From positions 1 to 42,959 of the IMG/VR virus record IMGVR_UViG_3300036817_000491: a stretch of DNA of 42,959 nt; one strand, given 5' to 3'. The position numbers and the translations under genes were made by a program. Shown here piece after piece: positions 1 to 9,333 of this stretch. The DNA is from a virus (taxonomy: Duplodnaviria; Caudoviricetes). The notes below the pieces were generated by a model that saw only the letters and a list, made by a program, of their open reading frames with translations, had not been told where the DNA came from and ran no database searches. Each line of letters starts with the position of its first letter. Positions within the stretch are counted from its first letter, which is position 1.

Positions 1-321
1 TCAGATGGTGGGTATGTCATCCGCATCTGCGCTGTTGATAAAGAACGTCACCCTCCCCATGACTTCGACCTCTTCCGCTGCGTCGCCTTCTATCGCTTCG
101 CCGTCCTCTGTGATTAATGCTTTTCCCAGAAACCGTGCAAATTGAGTCTGACCGCCACTAAGGATCAGCAGAACCTGCCCCTGCACAAGTCGGGTGACCG
201 GCTCGATCACCGCAAACCCGGATGACGTTTCCAGGATGCGGGTATCAATGCCTACGCCGCAAATCCTTTCTGGAGTGAGCCTGGTCTCTATATAGTCGCT
301 GGCAGGTGAAGGGAATCCCAT
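1..321 (-). CDS. UmuD'-like (HumD-like) S24-fold protein, apparently non-catalytic
   Basis: Starts MGFPSPASDY (UmuD GFPSPAxDY motif). ATG at 321 overlaps the upstream TAA (TAATG). No GDSM or VKK catalytic motifs. Confidence 0.75.
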   Translation of the reverse strand: MGFPSPASDYIETRLTPERICGVGIDTRILETSSGFAVIEPVTRLVQGQVLLILSGGQTQFARFLGKALITEDGEAIEGDAAEEVEVMGRVTFFINSADADDIPTI

Positions 322-560
322 TACAGAACCCTCCCCATATTGCGCAGCATCCATAGGCGGTTCTGGCTACCGTCCGGCGTCTTATCTACGAAGCAAGTCT
401 GGTACTACTCTATCCATTCATTCGCATCAGCCTGGGTGAAATGCCAGTTCCTGGCGCGCAGCTCCCGGATGAAGTCATTCGTGTGAAGGCACTGATACCC
501 TTTGGGGTTTAGCTGTATCGCCGCGGTAAAAGCCGCGTTAATGTCTGATTTGCGGGGCAT
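321..560 (-). pseudogene. Small SOS-cassette protein (79 codons) interrupted by an in-frame TAG at codon 52
   Basis: My translation: MPRKSDINAAFTAAIQLNPKGYQCLHTNDFIRELRARNWHFTQADANEWIE*YQTCFVDKTPDGSQNRLWMLRNMGRVL. GAGG RBS; TAG at 405-407; final TAA couples to the umuD-like ATG. Confidence 0.7.
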
Positions 561-580
561 GGTGACCTCTCATTTATTAT

Positions 581-600
581 TACTGTGTATTTATACAGTA
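581..600. promoter_or_regulatory. LexA (SOS) box
   Basis: TACTGTGTATTTATACAGTA = CTG-N10-CAG, near consensus, 20 nt upstream of the ATG at 560. Confidence 0.9.
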
Positions 601-668
601 GTTTTAAAGAGAGTCCAGAGCAAGGAGGCTGTACCTATTGATAGCTACTTCTGAACGTCATGATGCCG

Positions 669-1667
669 TTACGCTTTCAGCGCGTTAATCTCTGCCTTCA
701 GGTCAGCGACTTCCTGCATCAGAGCTTCCATCTTGGCGATAGTGTGGTGGAGCGCTAGTGCGGTGTCCATCATGATGACGTTGTTATCCAGGGCCAGCGT
801 ATCATCTTTGTCGCAGCGGTTGCCGTCCTCGTCGAACTCAGGCGCAGCAGGAACCAGCTTCACATACTCACGGTCAATATCACGTAAAGCGTCCTGAGCG
901 ATGATCCCCCGGCGTGCCCGTTCGAAGTAATCCCCGTTATACACGAACGTGCAGGGTTTCAGCTTCCTGATGTTCTCGTAAGATGCCTGGCCGTCGTCAT
1001 AGGTGATATCGTGCTTCAGAGTGGCATCAGAGGTCGCTGACTTCTGATAGGTGTAGTTGCCAGCAAAGCCGCCATCACCACTTGTCGAAGTGACTAAATC
1101 CCCGTTGGCTGGGGTAAAATACCAGTATCGAATCTTAGCCCCACTATCCCCGAATTGGGTCATTGCGGTATTGGCCCAGTTTCCTGTTCCGTTCCCGACA
1201 TTACCCCACATCGATCGGAGGTTATACCCACCGCCATGTTGATATCCCCATGAAAGGCCAGCTATAGCCCCGTTACCCGGAGAATCCGTGGCGGTCTCCG
1301 CGTAATAAGAGGCATAGTGTGCCTGTGCTGAGTTCCACCACGAACTCACGGCTGGACCGCCCATATACAAACGTCCGGGAATTTGCACATTGCCGTTGGA
1401 CATGAAGTCGAAGTAGTTGTTCTGCGCGGAGTCAGTACCCCCCGCATTTTGCAACACCACCAGTCTGGCAATGGAGTAGTTCCATTCGATGCGTTTCACG
1501 ACCTGGAGTTGGGCGGATATCTTCTCAACACCATTTACGGTGTACTGTGACTTTATGTATCCGCCATAAACCGTACTCCCGACCCCTGGCAGAGACGCGT
1601 CATTGATGGTGGATGTCCAGGCAGCAATGGCCCTGCTTAATTCAGCCGTGTCTATTCTGTTTGCCAT
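669..1667 (-). CDS. Tail fibre / receptor-binding protein with C-terminal intramolecular chaperone (peptidase S74-type)
   Basis: G/N/W-rich body, SDATLKHDI autocleavage motif, RRGIIAQD and a terminal coiled coil. Confidence 0.8.
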   Translation of the reverse strand: MANRIDTAELSRAIAAWTSTINDASLPGVGSTVYGGYIKSQYTVNGVEKISAQLQVVKRIEWNYSIARLVVLQNAGGTDSAQNNYFDFMSNGNVQIPGRLYMGGPAVSSWWNSAQAHYASYYAETATDSPGNGAIAGLSWGYQHGGGYNLRSMWGNVGNGTGNWANTAMTQFGDSGAKIRYWYFTPANGDLVTSTSGDGGFAGNYTYQKSATSDATLKHDITYDDGQASYENIRKLKPCTFVYNGDYFERARRGIIAQDALRDIDREYVKLVPAAPEFDEDGNRCDKDDTLALDNNVIMMDTALALHHTIAKMEALMQEVADLKAEINALKA

Positions 1668-1678
1668 AACTTAATTCC

Positions 1679-1981
1679 TTACGCCCAGACGCGAGCCGGT
1701 GTTTTCGGTGTAACCACAAAGTCGTTCAGCCCGGATAAATCGAGCGAGTCATTCATGACCCGCAAATTGACGTGATAGCCTGGCTCTGTGGTGTACTTGA
1801 TAACTTCGTTTTCTTCACCGGGATTGATAACTTCAGCAGGAACAGTGATAAGCCCGACGATATCCAGGCTGATATCCGGGTGATAAAAGCTGCCCTGCAC
1901 GTCATCATCCACAAACCCCGCCGCGATTAACTGCGTGCGCATTTCGTCGGCGTCATTAAAGCGCAGATATAAGTCTCTCAT
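1679..1981 (-). CDS. Tail fibre-associated small protein (putative assembly or tip protein)
   Basis: 100 aa, TAATG-coupled to the upstream fibre gene. Confidence 0.6.
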   Translation of the reverse strand: MRDLYLRFNDADEMRTQLIAAGFVDDDVQGSFYHPDISLDIVGLITVPAEVINPGEENEVIKYTTEPGYHVNLRVMNDSLDLSGLNDFVVTPKTPARVWA

Positions 1982-3672
1982 TAGCGGAGTCCATTAATTT
2001 GGTTGGGAGTTAAGACACGGTGCCAGATGCGGAAGTTGCGAATGTGGTAGACCGCGAAAGAGTTGCTATTAAATCTGATGGATGTTCCCGAATATGTTGG
2101 GCCGGTAGGAGCTTGCCCGGTTCGCGTTGCGCTTTCGCCGTTGAAGTAACCGGAGACTGTATTGTCATTGGCTACATCAATTGTTTGAACATATGTTTTC
2201 TTATTGAATGGGTAAGTTACATTTGGAACAGCTATTCCACCTGATCCCCTATAAGAAATTAACTGATTCGCAATTCCTCTAATAATAATATCGTTACGCG
2301 CGCCCACATTTGCCAAAAAGTCCACATAACCAGGCCCGGTCGTAGGTACTACGAACTGATCTACTGTAAACTCAACCGCGACGGTACGTGCGAAGATATC
2401 CCCTACCACGCCATAGCCGGAATTCCCTTGCGACTGCAAATTGAGCTGATCCCCGCCCCTCGTTACAGCCGCCGTGCCGGTCGGAATGTAGCTTGTAGGT
2501 ACGGCATTTTTTTCAAACTGTACGGTCTGAATATAAAACTCAGTGCCGACAGGGATGCTATTTGTGTCAACATCTTCTGGCATAGCGTAAATCTGTGCTG
2601 TATAAGCTCCTGCCGCCGCACCTTTGAGCGTCGCAGTGGCAAGGGTGTAACCATCACCCCCTGTCTTTGTTGTTACGGTCAGCCCCCCAGACGCTCCAGT
2701 TGTCTCCCCTGTACTGAATAAGAAACGAGCCTCCCCCAAAAAAGTGGAGTCTTTCACAATGCGGAACCTGAAGCGCCCGTAATTACCTTTGAATCGAGCG
2801 GATACGGTAAAATTTTCCCCATCGGCCAGTGTCACGGCGCTACTCTGAACAATTAAAAGGTTGTTTACTGCATTATTGCAAACGCCCTTCATGGTCGCCG
2901 CCTGCGTTGTGCCGTCTTTTATTGCCGTGGCGGTTAGCGAAGCGGCCTTGCCGGCCCACTTGGTCGGGTCGTCACTGTTCAGGAAATAGTTAGTGCTCTG
3001 CCCCTCCATTAACAATCCGTCGCGTTCAAAACGCGGCTCGTTAATATCAGCGGTCTGCAATACGCCGGATTTGTCGATATACGTTGCCGTCGTAGAGCGG
3101 GTAAGTGTCGCTGATTTTGTCGTCAGCTCCAGTACCTGCCCGGAAATGGTCAGCCGGTCGTAAGGCGCAAACCCGGCCAGCAGGCGGAGGTCATCATTCA
3201 GCGGTAACCAGACATCAGGGAACGGGGCCTCCTCATAGGGTACAGACGTCAGTTTCTGCGCGGCGGCAAGGGATGCGGCGGCACTGCTGGCGCTGGCGGC
3301 TGCGTTGTTCTCCGACGTTTTGGCATTCGTCTCAGACGTTTTCGCGTTCGTCTCGGAGGTTTTGGCATTCGTTTCGCTGGTCTTTGCTGCAGAAGCGCTG
3401 CTTGCCGCTGCGGTCTTTGATGAGTTCGCGTTCGTCTCAGAGGTTTTTGCGTTCGTTTCTGAGGTTTTGGCAGCAGCGGCGCTGGTTCCTGCCGCACCCG
3501 CCTGGGCGATCAGCTTTGACCAGCTGGGACCCGTCTTTTTGGAACCGTCGTCCAGGGTTACGGTGACGTCACCGGTGCCCGATAAAATCAGATCCTGGTT
3601 GATGATACTGCTTTGCGCCAGGCGAAATCCTTCAGATACAGCTTTCGCCAAATCGTCATCAAGTGTGGCCAT
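1981..3672 (-). CDS. Side tail fibre protein
   Basis: Follows J. Has AKTSETN heptad repeats, a PDVWLPL...TRSTTATY...EPRFE...EGQSTN segment and a lectin-like HIRNFRIW C-terminus. Confidence 0.85.
   Translation of the reverse strand: MATLDDDLAKAVSEGFRLAQSSIINQDLILSGTGDVTVTLDDGSKKTGPSWSKLIAQAGAAGTSAAAAKTSETNAKTSETNANSSKTAAASSASAAKTSETNAKTSETNAKTSETNAKTSENNAAASASSAAASLAAAQKLTSVPYEEAPFPDVWLPLNDDLRLLAGFAPYDRLTISGQVLELTTKSATLTRSTTATYIDKSGVLQTADINEPRFERDGLLMEGQSTNYFLNSDDPTKWAGKAASLTATAIKDGTTQAATMKGVCNNAVNNLLIVQSSAVTLADGENFTVSARFKGNYGRFRFRIVKDSTFLGEARFLFSTGETTGASGGLTVTTKTGGDGYTLATATLKGAAAGAYTAQIYAMPEDVDTNSIPVGTEFYIQTVQFEKNAVPTSYIPTGTAAVTRGGDQLNLQSQGNSGYGVVGDIFARTVAVEFTVDQFVVPTTGPGYVDFLANVGARNDIIIRGIANQLISYRGSGGIAVPNVTYPFNKKTYVQTIDVANDNTVSGYFNGESATRTGQAPTGPTYSGTSIRFNSNSFAVYHIRNFRIWHRVLTPNQINGLR
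3305..3475 (-). repeat. Degenerate 21-bp tandem coding repeats (AKTSETN)
   Basis: About six KTSE(T/N)NA units in two blocks in the fibre stalk. Confidence 0.85.
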
Positions 3673-3691
3673 TCATGATGTCCTTAAAATG

Positions 3692-3714
3692 AAAAACCCA
3701 GCCGGAGCTGGGTT
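3692..3714 (-). terminator. Intrinsic terminator-like hairpin after J
   Basis: AACCCAGC-TCCG-GCTGGGTT followed by a T-run on the minus strand. Confidence 0.65.
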
Positions 3715-3735
3715 ATTGAGGTGAAGTTATGAGGA

Positions 3736-6700
3736 TCAGGAGGAGAAAGAGCCGGTACCGCGAGTCACAGTGATAGTTGGTGCATAAATTGCCACGGTTG
3801 CATTACTGGAAGAAACGAAAATGTTTGCGTCGATACGTTGCCCGGTCAACCCGGTTGCAGCATGACGTGCGGTGAACCATAGCCCACCAACAGGAACGTC
3901 GAAAGTGAACGTGCGAACGTTACCCGCGATAGTTATGTTAACTGTACTCCCGACCGCGCCTGTAGTCCCTCGGACATATATCAACGCCTCCACGACGGCG
4001 TTTTTATTCAGCCCGTTATTGCTGGAGTCGGTGTATGCCATGGCTACACTGGTAGAAACGGCATTGTTAGACCGGTTGCTGGAGTCGGGATACACCCCTG
4101 TGTTGGCGACATCCCCAATGAAAGATGTCGCTTCAACCGTGCCCTTAAAGCTCCCGCTGGTCGCCTCAACTCTGCCTTTAAAACTCCCGTCGGTGGCATA
4201 AATCGTCCCGCGAACGGTCACGCCGTTAAACGTGGCATACCCGGATTTATTGATATGCCAGCCTACATTGCCGGTCCCGTCCCAGTTGCTGGACTGGATA
4301 TAATTCCCGATCTTGCCGTTGTCGATGGAACCGTCCTGGATGAAGACCGAACGCATAAACATCTGGCCGCCGGTCGAAGCAAACACCAGCTCCTGCCCGT
4401 TCGTCGTCGGGTTATACACCGCGAACGTATCGGCAGAAATCAGGAAGTTTGAGGCTCCTGTACCGTCAATGCCCAGCTGGATACCCGCGATGCGTTTAAC
4501 GCCGTTCGCCTCCACCTGAACTTTAACGCCCCACTGCGCGCTCAGCTTGCCATTGATATCAGCAACAGCCTGGCTGGTCGTCTGCACATTGGCATTAGTT
4601 TTCCCAATAGACGCTGTAACCTGCTCAATGCTGGCCGCGGTAGCGCTCCCCAGATCCGTAACGGCTTTATCAATGCGCGTAATGGCTGCCGCGTTGGTCT
4701 GGCCGTTTTGCTCAACCGTGGCCTTAAGCGTCGTGACCTGTTCGGCTACAGCGCTTGTGGCATCCGCAGCGGTCTTACGGCTCTCGGTGATCTCGGCCAT
4801 CGTTTTCGTTTCGCCAACGGCAAACGTGACGCGCTGATCATAGAACGCCATGAAGTTGGCGAGCGCGTTACTGACGCTACCGACAATACCGGCGTCGCGG
4901 CTGGCCGTGTTACCGTCAACATCCACTTTCAGGCTGTCGATACGGCGACCGAGCGCGCTGTCTGCATCCGTACGGGCCGTGGTTTCTGTGCTGATATCCG
5001 CCGTGTTCTGGTCTGTTGTGGCTTTAACAGCAGCCAGCGCGGTAGTCTGCGCTTTGTTGTTATCAGCGACGGCTTTATCGATGCGCGTGATATCGCCGGT
5101 ATTTTTCCCGACGGTGGTTTGCAGGCCCGACAGCGTAGTAGCCTGCGCCTCCTGCTCAGTCGTCAGCGTTGCCAGCTCCTGCGTCACGCTGGCTTTGTTG
5201 GCGTTAACGGTCGCTTCCAGCGCCGTCCGGGCTGTCACCTCCGCTTCCTGCGCCGTGATGCGCGCCTGTCGTTCGGTGTAGAGCAGGCCCGAGGCCAGCT
5301 TCGACGGGTCATCACCGGTATAACCGCCCCGGATCTGCGTCGCCAGCGTCTCGCGCGATGTGGCTTCCGCCTGGTCGCCCTGGACACGGGCTGTCGTTTC
5401 TGCCTGAAGGGCCGCCATCCCTGCACCGGGAGTAGGCCGTCCGAGCGCCACCCAGTCAATCAGGTAGTAGTTCGTCGCGTCCTGCTTAGTGGACAGATCC
5501 AGCCTGAACTGATTCATCGTGGCTTCAGTCAGCCAGGGGATATTGTCAAACGCCAGCGTGGCGATCCCGTTCGCGTCATAAGCAGGCTCGGCGACGGTGA
5601 CCATATTGGTGTCGTTGAAACCACCAGTACCCCGCCAGCGCAGCTGCCCCACCCAGTCCGGCGCCCCGAACTTCCTGATGCGCATTTTAACGAAGCGATA
5701 GGACGACGAGTTAACACCCAGTGAGCCGGGAGACGCCACCCACGGATCGGTGGCATGGTTCGCCGGGCGTATCCAGCCGTCAACAATGGTCGGGGTCCCG
5801 TTCCCGGTCCAGCCCTCCACTGTCGAATCGAAATACCAGATTTTGAGTGGGTCAAACTGTTCGCCAGTACCCGCAGAAATCTGCGCCATCATCTGCGCCA
5901 GTGATTCGGTGGTAGTCTGGATCGTCTGATTGACGTTACTGATATCTGCGACGCGCGCGTTCTTTTCGGTCAGCAGCGCCTGGGCGCGCGCCGTTGCCTC
6001 ATCGGTGATGGCTTTCTTACGGTCCGTGACCTCCTGTGCCAAGCCTGCTTTGGTCGCCGCCGACTCTGTCGTGACTGTGCTGATGTCATCGCGCGCTGAC
6101 TGAATATCGCCACTGAGGTCAGCGATGTCTGAGACAAGGTTTTTATAGCCGTCGGTCTGCTCGAGCGTGTCGCCGATCATGTCGAGATAATCACTGGCTT
6201 TCGAGCTGGACTGGCCTGCCACCCACGTGGTCCAGTCGCCGGTGTTGCCGATGCGATCGACCAGGCGCGCGCGGTACCACTGACTGACGCCCGCCAGCAT
6301 TGGACCATGCTGATAATGCGTCGCCGGATACGGCACTAGCGCCAGTAACTGTGGGTTAGCCTTGTCATCCGTGGTGGCGCGCTGAAGCTCGGTGTATGCC
6401 GTATCGCCGGTACCATCCGGGAACGCCCAGGTGATATCGATAGCCCAGACCACATCGTCGCTCGCCAGCAGGCTCTGCGGCGTGCCAGGTTTGCCGGTTT
6501 TGCCCGTGAGGTAAGTCGTATCGGCGTAGCCCCACGGCGAACCTGACTCCTGCGCGTTCAGCGCACGCACCCGCACGTCGTAGCTCCCGGTGTAGATCCC
6601 CTGCACAGCAAACCCCTGGGCGCTGGTCACCGGCACGTTTATCCAGTCGCCATTATCCTTGCGCCACTGGGCCTGGTAACGGATCGCACCATCCACCCGC

Positions 6701-8667
6701 TCCCAGGACGCATTCATGGTGGCGACCGTAAGTCCCTGCTCGATGTGGTCGGTTTCGGTGAGGAGGATGTTTTTCGGTGCTGGCAGAACGCTTACCGGCG
6801 TAACGGTCACCGGCGCTGGGGTAATGCGCACACCGTCATCGATATAGCGGTATTTATCCGGGTCGTGCTGAACCGCAGTGATCGTAAAACCACCATTGCT
6901 GTCGTCGTTCGCCCGGATGGACGTAACGCGAAAATACTGAATAGCCAGGTTATCGCTGTCGATGGCCCACACCGCGCCGGGATCAGGCTGCAGTCTGAAG
7001 GAGGTCGCAACCGTCACCGTCTGTTTATCCGCGCTAACGGACGTGATTGTCCGCGTCTGCGCCTTGCCGTCAGGAAGGTTGACCACCAGGCGATCGCCTG
7101 CGGTGTAGTCAGCGGGACGATCAAGCGTGAAATTACGCCCGTTTACCGCCCGGATACGCCCACCGTTCTGCTTGCCAGCACGGAACGGATCCGCGATACC
7201 GATAATTTCAGCCGGCAGCGGAATATAACCATCCAGCCCAACACCAAATGATACCGTTCCGTCGCGCGCGTTTGACAGCAGTGCCCAGCGTCCACGGCGA
7301 TGCGCCTCACTCTGGGAGGTGCAGCCGATCGCCGTCATCGACATCTGGTTGACCTTGTACCGCTTCACGAGGTCAGAGTCGTAGACACTCTCTGTGGTGT
7401 CGCTGTAATGGTTCTGGGGATCAGACCAGGAGACCAGGGCAGATGAGTAGCGGTTTTTGTAACTGCCGCCGCCGTAGGTAAACAACCCGTCGATGACGTT
7501 AGATGCGTGATAGGTAAAATCAACCTCATCCTGCGGCACATCCGCCCGTACGTAAATCTGGTCGTTGCCCCAGAAGGTGATCCCACGGAATATAGCCGCC
7601 AGATCGCTGAGAACGGTGTAGGCGTCCTGCTGGCTCTGGATGTAAACGTTACAGGTAAAACGCGGCTCAGTGCCGCCCGCCCCGTTCGAAACCCGCTGGT
7701 CGCAGTACTGTGCAATGGCGTACAGCTCCCACTTATCGATCATGCTTGCATCGATGCGGGTACCCATGCCGTAAATCTCATCCAGCACGAGATCATAAAA
7801 TATCCAGGCCGGGTTGTTGGTGTAGGCCATCTTAAAGCCACCCGACCATGTGCCATTGTAAGTGCGCGTAACCGGATCGTAAGAGTCCGGCACGCGTACC
7901 AGCTTACCTTTGAGCCTGCAGGTTACCTTCGGTGCGCCACTGGTAAACTGGCTGGCATCCACCTCTATATAAAGCAGTGCCGTGTTGGGGTAGCGTAACT
8001 TGCTATCGATCACCTCAGCAAACGAGAATACCTTGAAGGCATTTATCAGTTTTGAGTTACCCACAGAATCAGGCGTAATACGACGCACCCGCACCGCCCA
8101 TCCGGTTGTGGCGGCCGGCAGGTCTATACGGTGATCGCGTTGATATTCACTGGTCGTCTTCCCGTCGAATTTACCGTTAACCACTGTTTGCCAGGCTGCA
8201 CCATCAGTCGAGAGGTCAACAGCGTACTCCGTTACCGTGCCGACCATATCGCCGTTGTCTTTATAGGTGTACTGCACGGGTAGGCTAAGCTTGATGCGTA
8301 CGGCATCCAGCATCAGGTTAGTGAACTGCCGTGTCCAGGGCGCTGAGGTGGTGACTGTCACGTTTGCTGACAGCTCGTTATTGGTTTCTGGCAATCCCTG
8401 AATGTAGGTCTGGTCCTGCGTTCCGGGGCGAAAATCCCACTTCACGCCGGTGAAGTTAAAGCTGCCGTCATCGTTAGCCAGTGGCGTGTCGTTGAGAAAA
8501 ATCTTTTGCGCGGTCAGATCACCCTGAATTTCACCTTCAGCAACGGCCACCAGCATTTTTAATTTTGCTGTCGACAGCAGGTCGTCCGGATCCTCAACAG
8601 GGGTATGCTGTTTGCCGCCACCGCCTTTGCGTCCCTGAATCAGGGCCTCATCTTCAAGATGTCGCAT
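3736..8667 (-). CDS. J: Central tail fibre / host-specificity protein J
   Basis: 1643 aa with GRKGGG N-terminus, YPNTAL and NNPAW motifs, FN3-like region, coiled coil and AGIQLG...FLISADTFAV. Confidence 0.95.
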   Translation of the reverse strand: MRHLEDEALIQGRKGGGGKQHTPVEDPDDLLSTAKLKMLVAVAEGEIQGDLTAQKIFLNDTPLANDDGSFNFTGVKWDFRPGTQDQTYIQGLPETNNELSANVTVTTSAPWTRQFTNLMLDAVRIKLSLPVQYTYKDNGDMVGTVTEYAVDLSTDGAAWQTVVNGKFDGKTTSEYQRDHRIDLPAATTGWAVRVRRITPDSVGNSKLINAFKVFSFAEVIDSKLRYPNTALLYIEVDASQFTSGAPKVTCRLKGKLVRVPDSYDPVTRTYNGTWSGGFKMAYTNNPAWIFYDLVLDEIYGMGTRIDASMIDKWELYAIAQYCDQRVSNGAGGTEPRFTCNVYIQSQQDAYTVLSDLAAIFRGITFWGNDQIYVRADVPQDEVDFTYHASNVIDGLFTYGGGSYKNRYSSALVSWSDPQNHYSDTTESVYDSDLVKRYKVNQMSMTAIGCTSQSEAHRRGRWALLSNARDGTVSFGVGLDGYIPLPAEIIGIADPFRAGKQNGGRIRAVNGRNFTLDRPADYTAGDRLVVNLPDGKAQTRTITSVSADKQTVTVATSFRLQPDPGAVWAIDSDNLAIQYFRVTSIRANDDSNGGFTITAVQHDPDKYRYIDDGVRITPAPVTVTPVSVLPAPKNILLTETDHIEQGLTVATMNASWERVDGAIRYQAQWRKDNGDWINVPVTSAQGFAVQGIYTGSYDVRVRALNAQESGSPWGYADTTYLTGKTGKPGTPQSLLASDDVVWAIDITWAFPDGTGDTAYTELQRATTDDKANPQLLALVPYPATHYQHGPMLAGVSQWYRARLVDRIGNTGDWTTWVAGQSSSKASDYLDMIGDTLEQTDGYKNLVSDIADLSGDIQSARDDISTVTTESAATKAGLAQEVTDRKKAITDEATARAQALLTEKNARVADISNVNQTIQTTTESLAQMMAQISAGTGEQFDPLKIWYFDSTVEGWTGNGTPTIVDGWIRPANHATDPWVASPGSLGVNSSSYRFVKMRIRKFGAPDWVGQLRWRGTGGFNDTNMVTVAEPAYDANGIATLAFDNIPWLTEATMNQFRLDLSTKQDATNYYLIDWVALGRPTPGAGMAALQAETTARVQGDQAEATSRETLATQIRGGYTGDDPSKLASGLLYTERQARITAQEAEVTARTALEATVNANKASVTQELATLTTEQEAQATTLSGLQTTVGKNTGDITRIDKAVADNNKAQTTALAAVKATTDQNTADISTETTARTDADSALGRRIDSLKVDVDGNTASRDAGIVGSVSNALANFMAFYDQRVTFAVGETKTMAEITESRKTAADATSAVAEQVTTLKATVEQNGQTNAAAITRIDKAVTDLGSATAASIEQVTASIGKTNANVQTTSQAVADINGKLSAQWGVKVQVEANGVKRIAGIQLGIDGTGASNFLISADTFAVYNPTTNGQELVFASTGGQMFMRSVFIQDGSIDNGKIGNYIQSSNWDGTGNVGWHINKSGYATFNGVTVRGTIYATDGSFKGRVEATSGSFKGTVEATSFIGDVANTGVYPDSSNRSNNAVSTSVAMAYTDSSNNGLNKNAVVEALIYVRGTTGAVGSTVNITIAGNVRTFTFDVPVGGLWFTARHAATGLTGQRIDANIFVSSSNATVAIYAPTITVTRGTGSFSS

Positions 8668-8678
8668 AATTCACCCAT

Positions 8679-8703
8679 AAAAAAGACCACCCGCAGGTGG
8701 CCT
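8679..8703 (-). terminator. Intrinsic terminator-like hairpin between I and J
   Basis: GGCCACC-TGCG-GGTGGTC followed by TTTTTT on the minus strand. Confidence 0.6.
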
Positions 8704-8718
8704 GGAGTTGGTCAGTTT

Positions 8719-9333
8719 TTATTGCTGATCGCTGGAGAAAATACCTGCGTTAATTATCGGACCGCCGACCTCACGCTCTCCAAGCAATGGTGGTACCGGA
8801 TATCCCATCGCCACGGTATTCACCGGCGCGCCAAAGGCGTAGTTGGGTTTATTGTCCGTACTGGATGAGGCACCGACATTATATTTCGGCTGGGGTGTCA
8901 GCAGCTGAACTGTGCCCCCTAGCATCATCGACAGACCTAGCCCGGTTAATGCCGTCGTGGTCGCGGTTGCGGCAGCTGTACTCAGGCCTATCGCCGTCAG
9001 CGAGGCGCCCGCAGTAAAATACGCGGCCACGAGCGCCACCGCCCCGATAACGATCTGCAGCACGCCGCCGCGCTTTGAGCCTTCGGTTATGGCTGAAATC
9101 CGGTACACCGCCCCGCCGCGGGTCATGTCGAACTCATCAAGGCCGATGTTGTTTTTGCCATTGAAGAAGGCGAAGCGGATCCCCTTCATATGCCCCTCTG
9201 ACAGGTAGCGTTTGAAGCCGGGAACTTGGCTGCACATGGCGCGGAGCATCTCGCGCAAATCCTCAACGTGAAATTTGTGCTCGCGCCCGAACTTTTTCGC
9301 CATACGACCTTCAAGAATCAGTGTCTTGAGCAT
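8719..9333 (-). CDS. I: Tail assembly protein I
   Basis: Ubiquitin-like N-terminus, hydrophobic middle, NTVAMGYPVP..GE..VG motif. Confidence 0.9.
   Translation of the reverse strand: MLKTLILEGRMAKKFGREHKFHVEDLREMLRAMCSQVPGFKRYLSEGHMKGIRFAFFNGKNNIGLDEFDMTRGGAVYRISAITEGSKRGGVLQIVIGAVALVAAYFTAGASLTAIGLSTAAATATTTALTGLGLSMMLGGTVQLLTPQPKYNVGASSSTDNKPNYAFGAPVNTVAMGYPVPPLLGEREVGGPIINAGIFSSDQQ

Noticed and set aside
405-407. Possible amber recoding or alternative genetic code
   Set aside because: Single case. TAG serves as the apparent stop at 24437 and 32421, and no suppressor tRNA was seen.
669-3672. DGR or invertible tail-fibre shufflon
   Set aside because: No reverse transcriptase, TR/VR pair, invertase or inverted crossover sites seen; both fibre genes face the same way.
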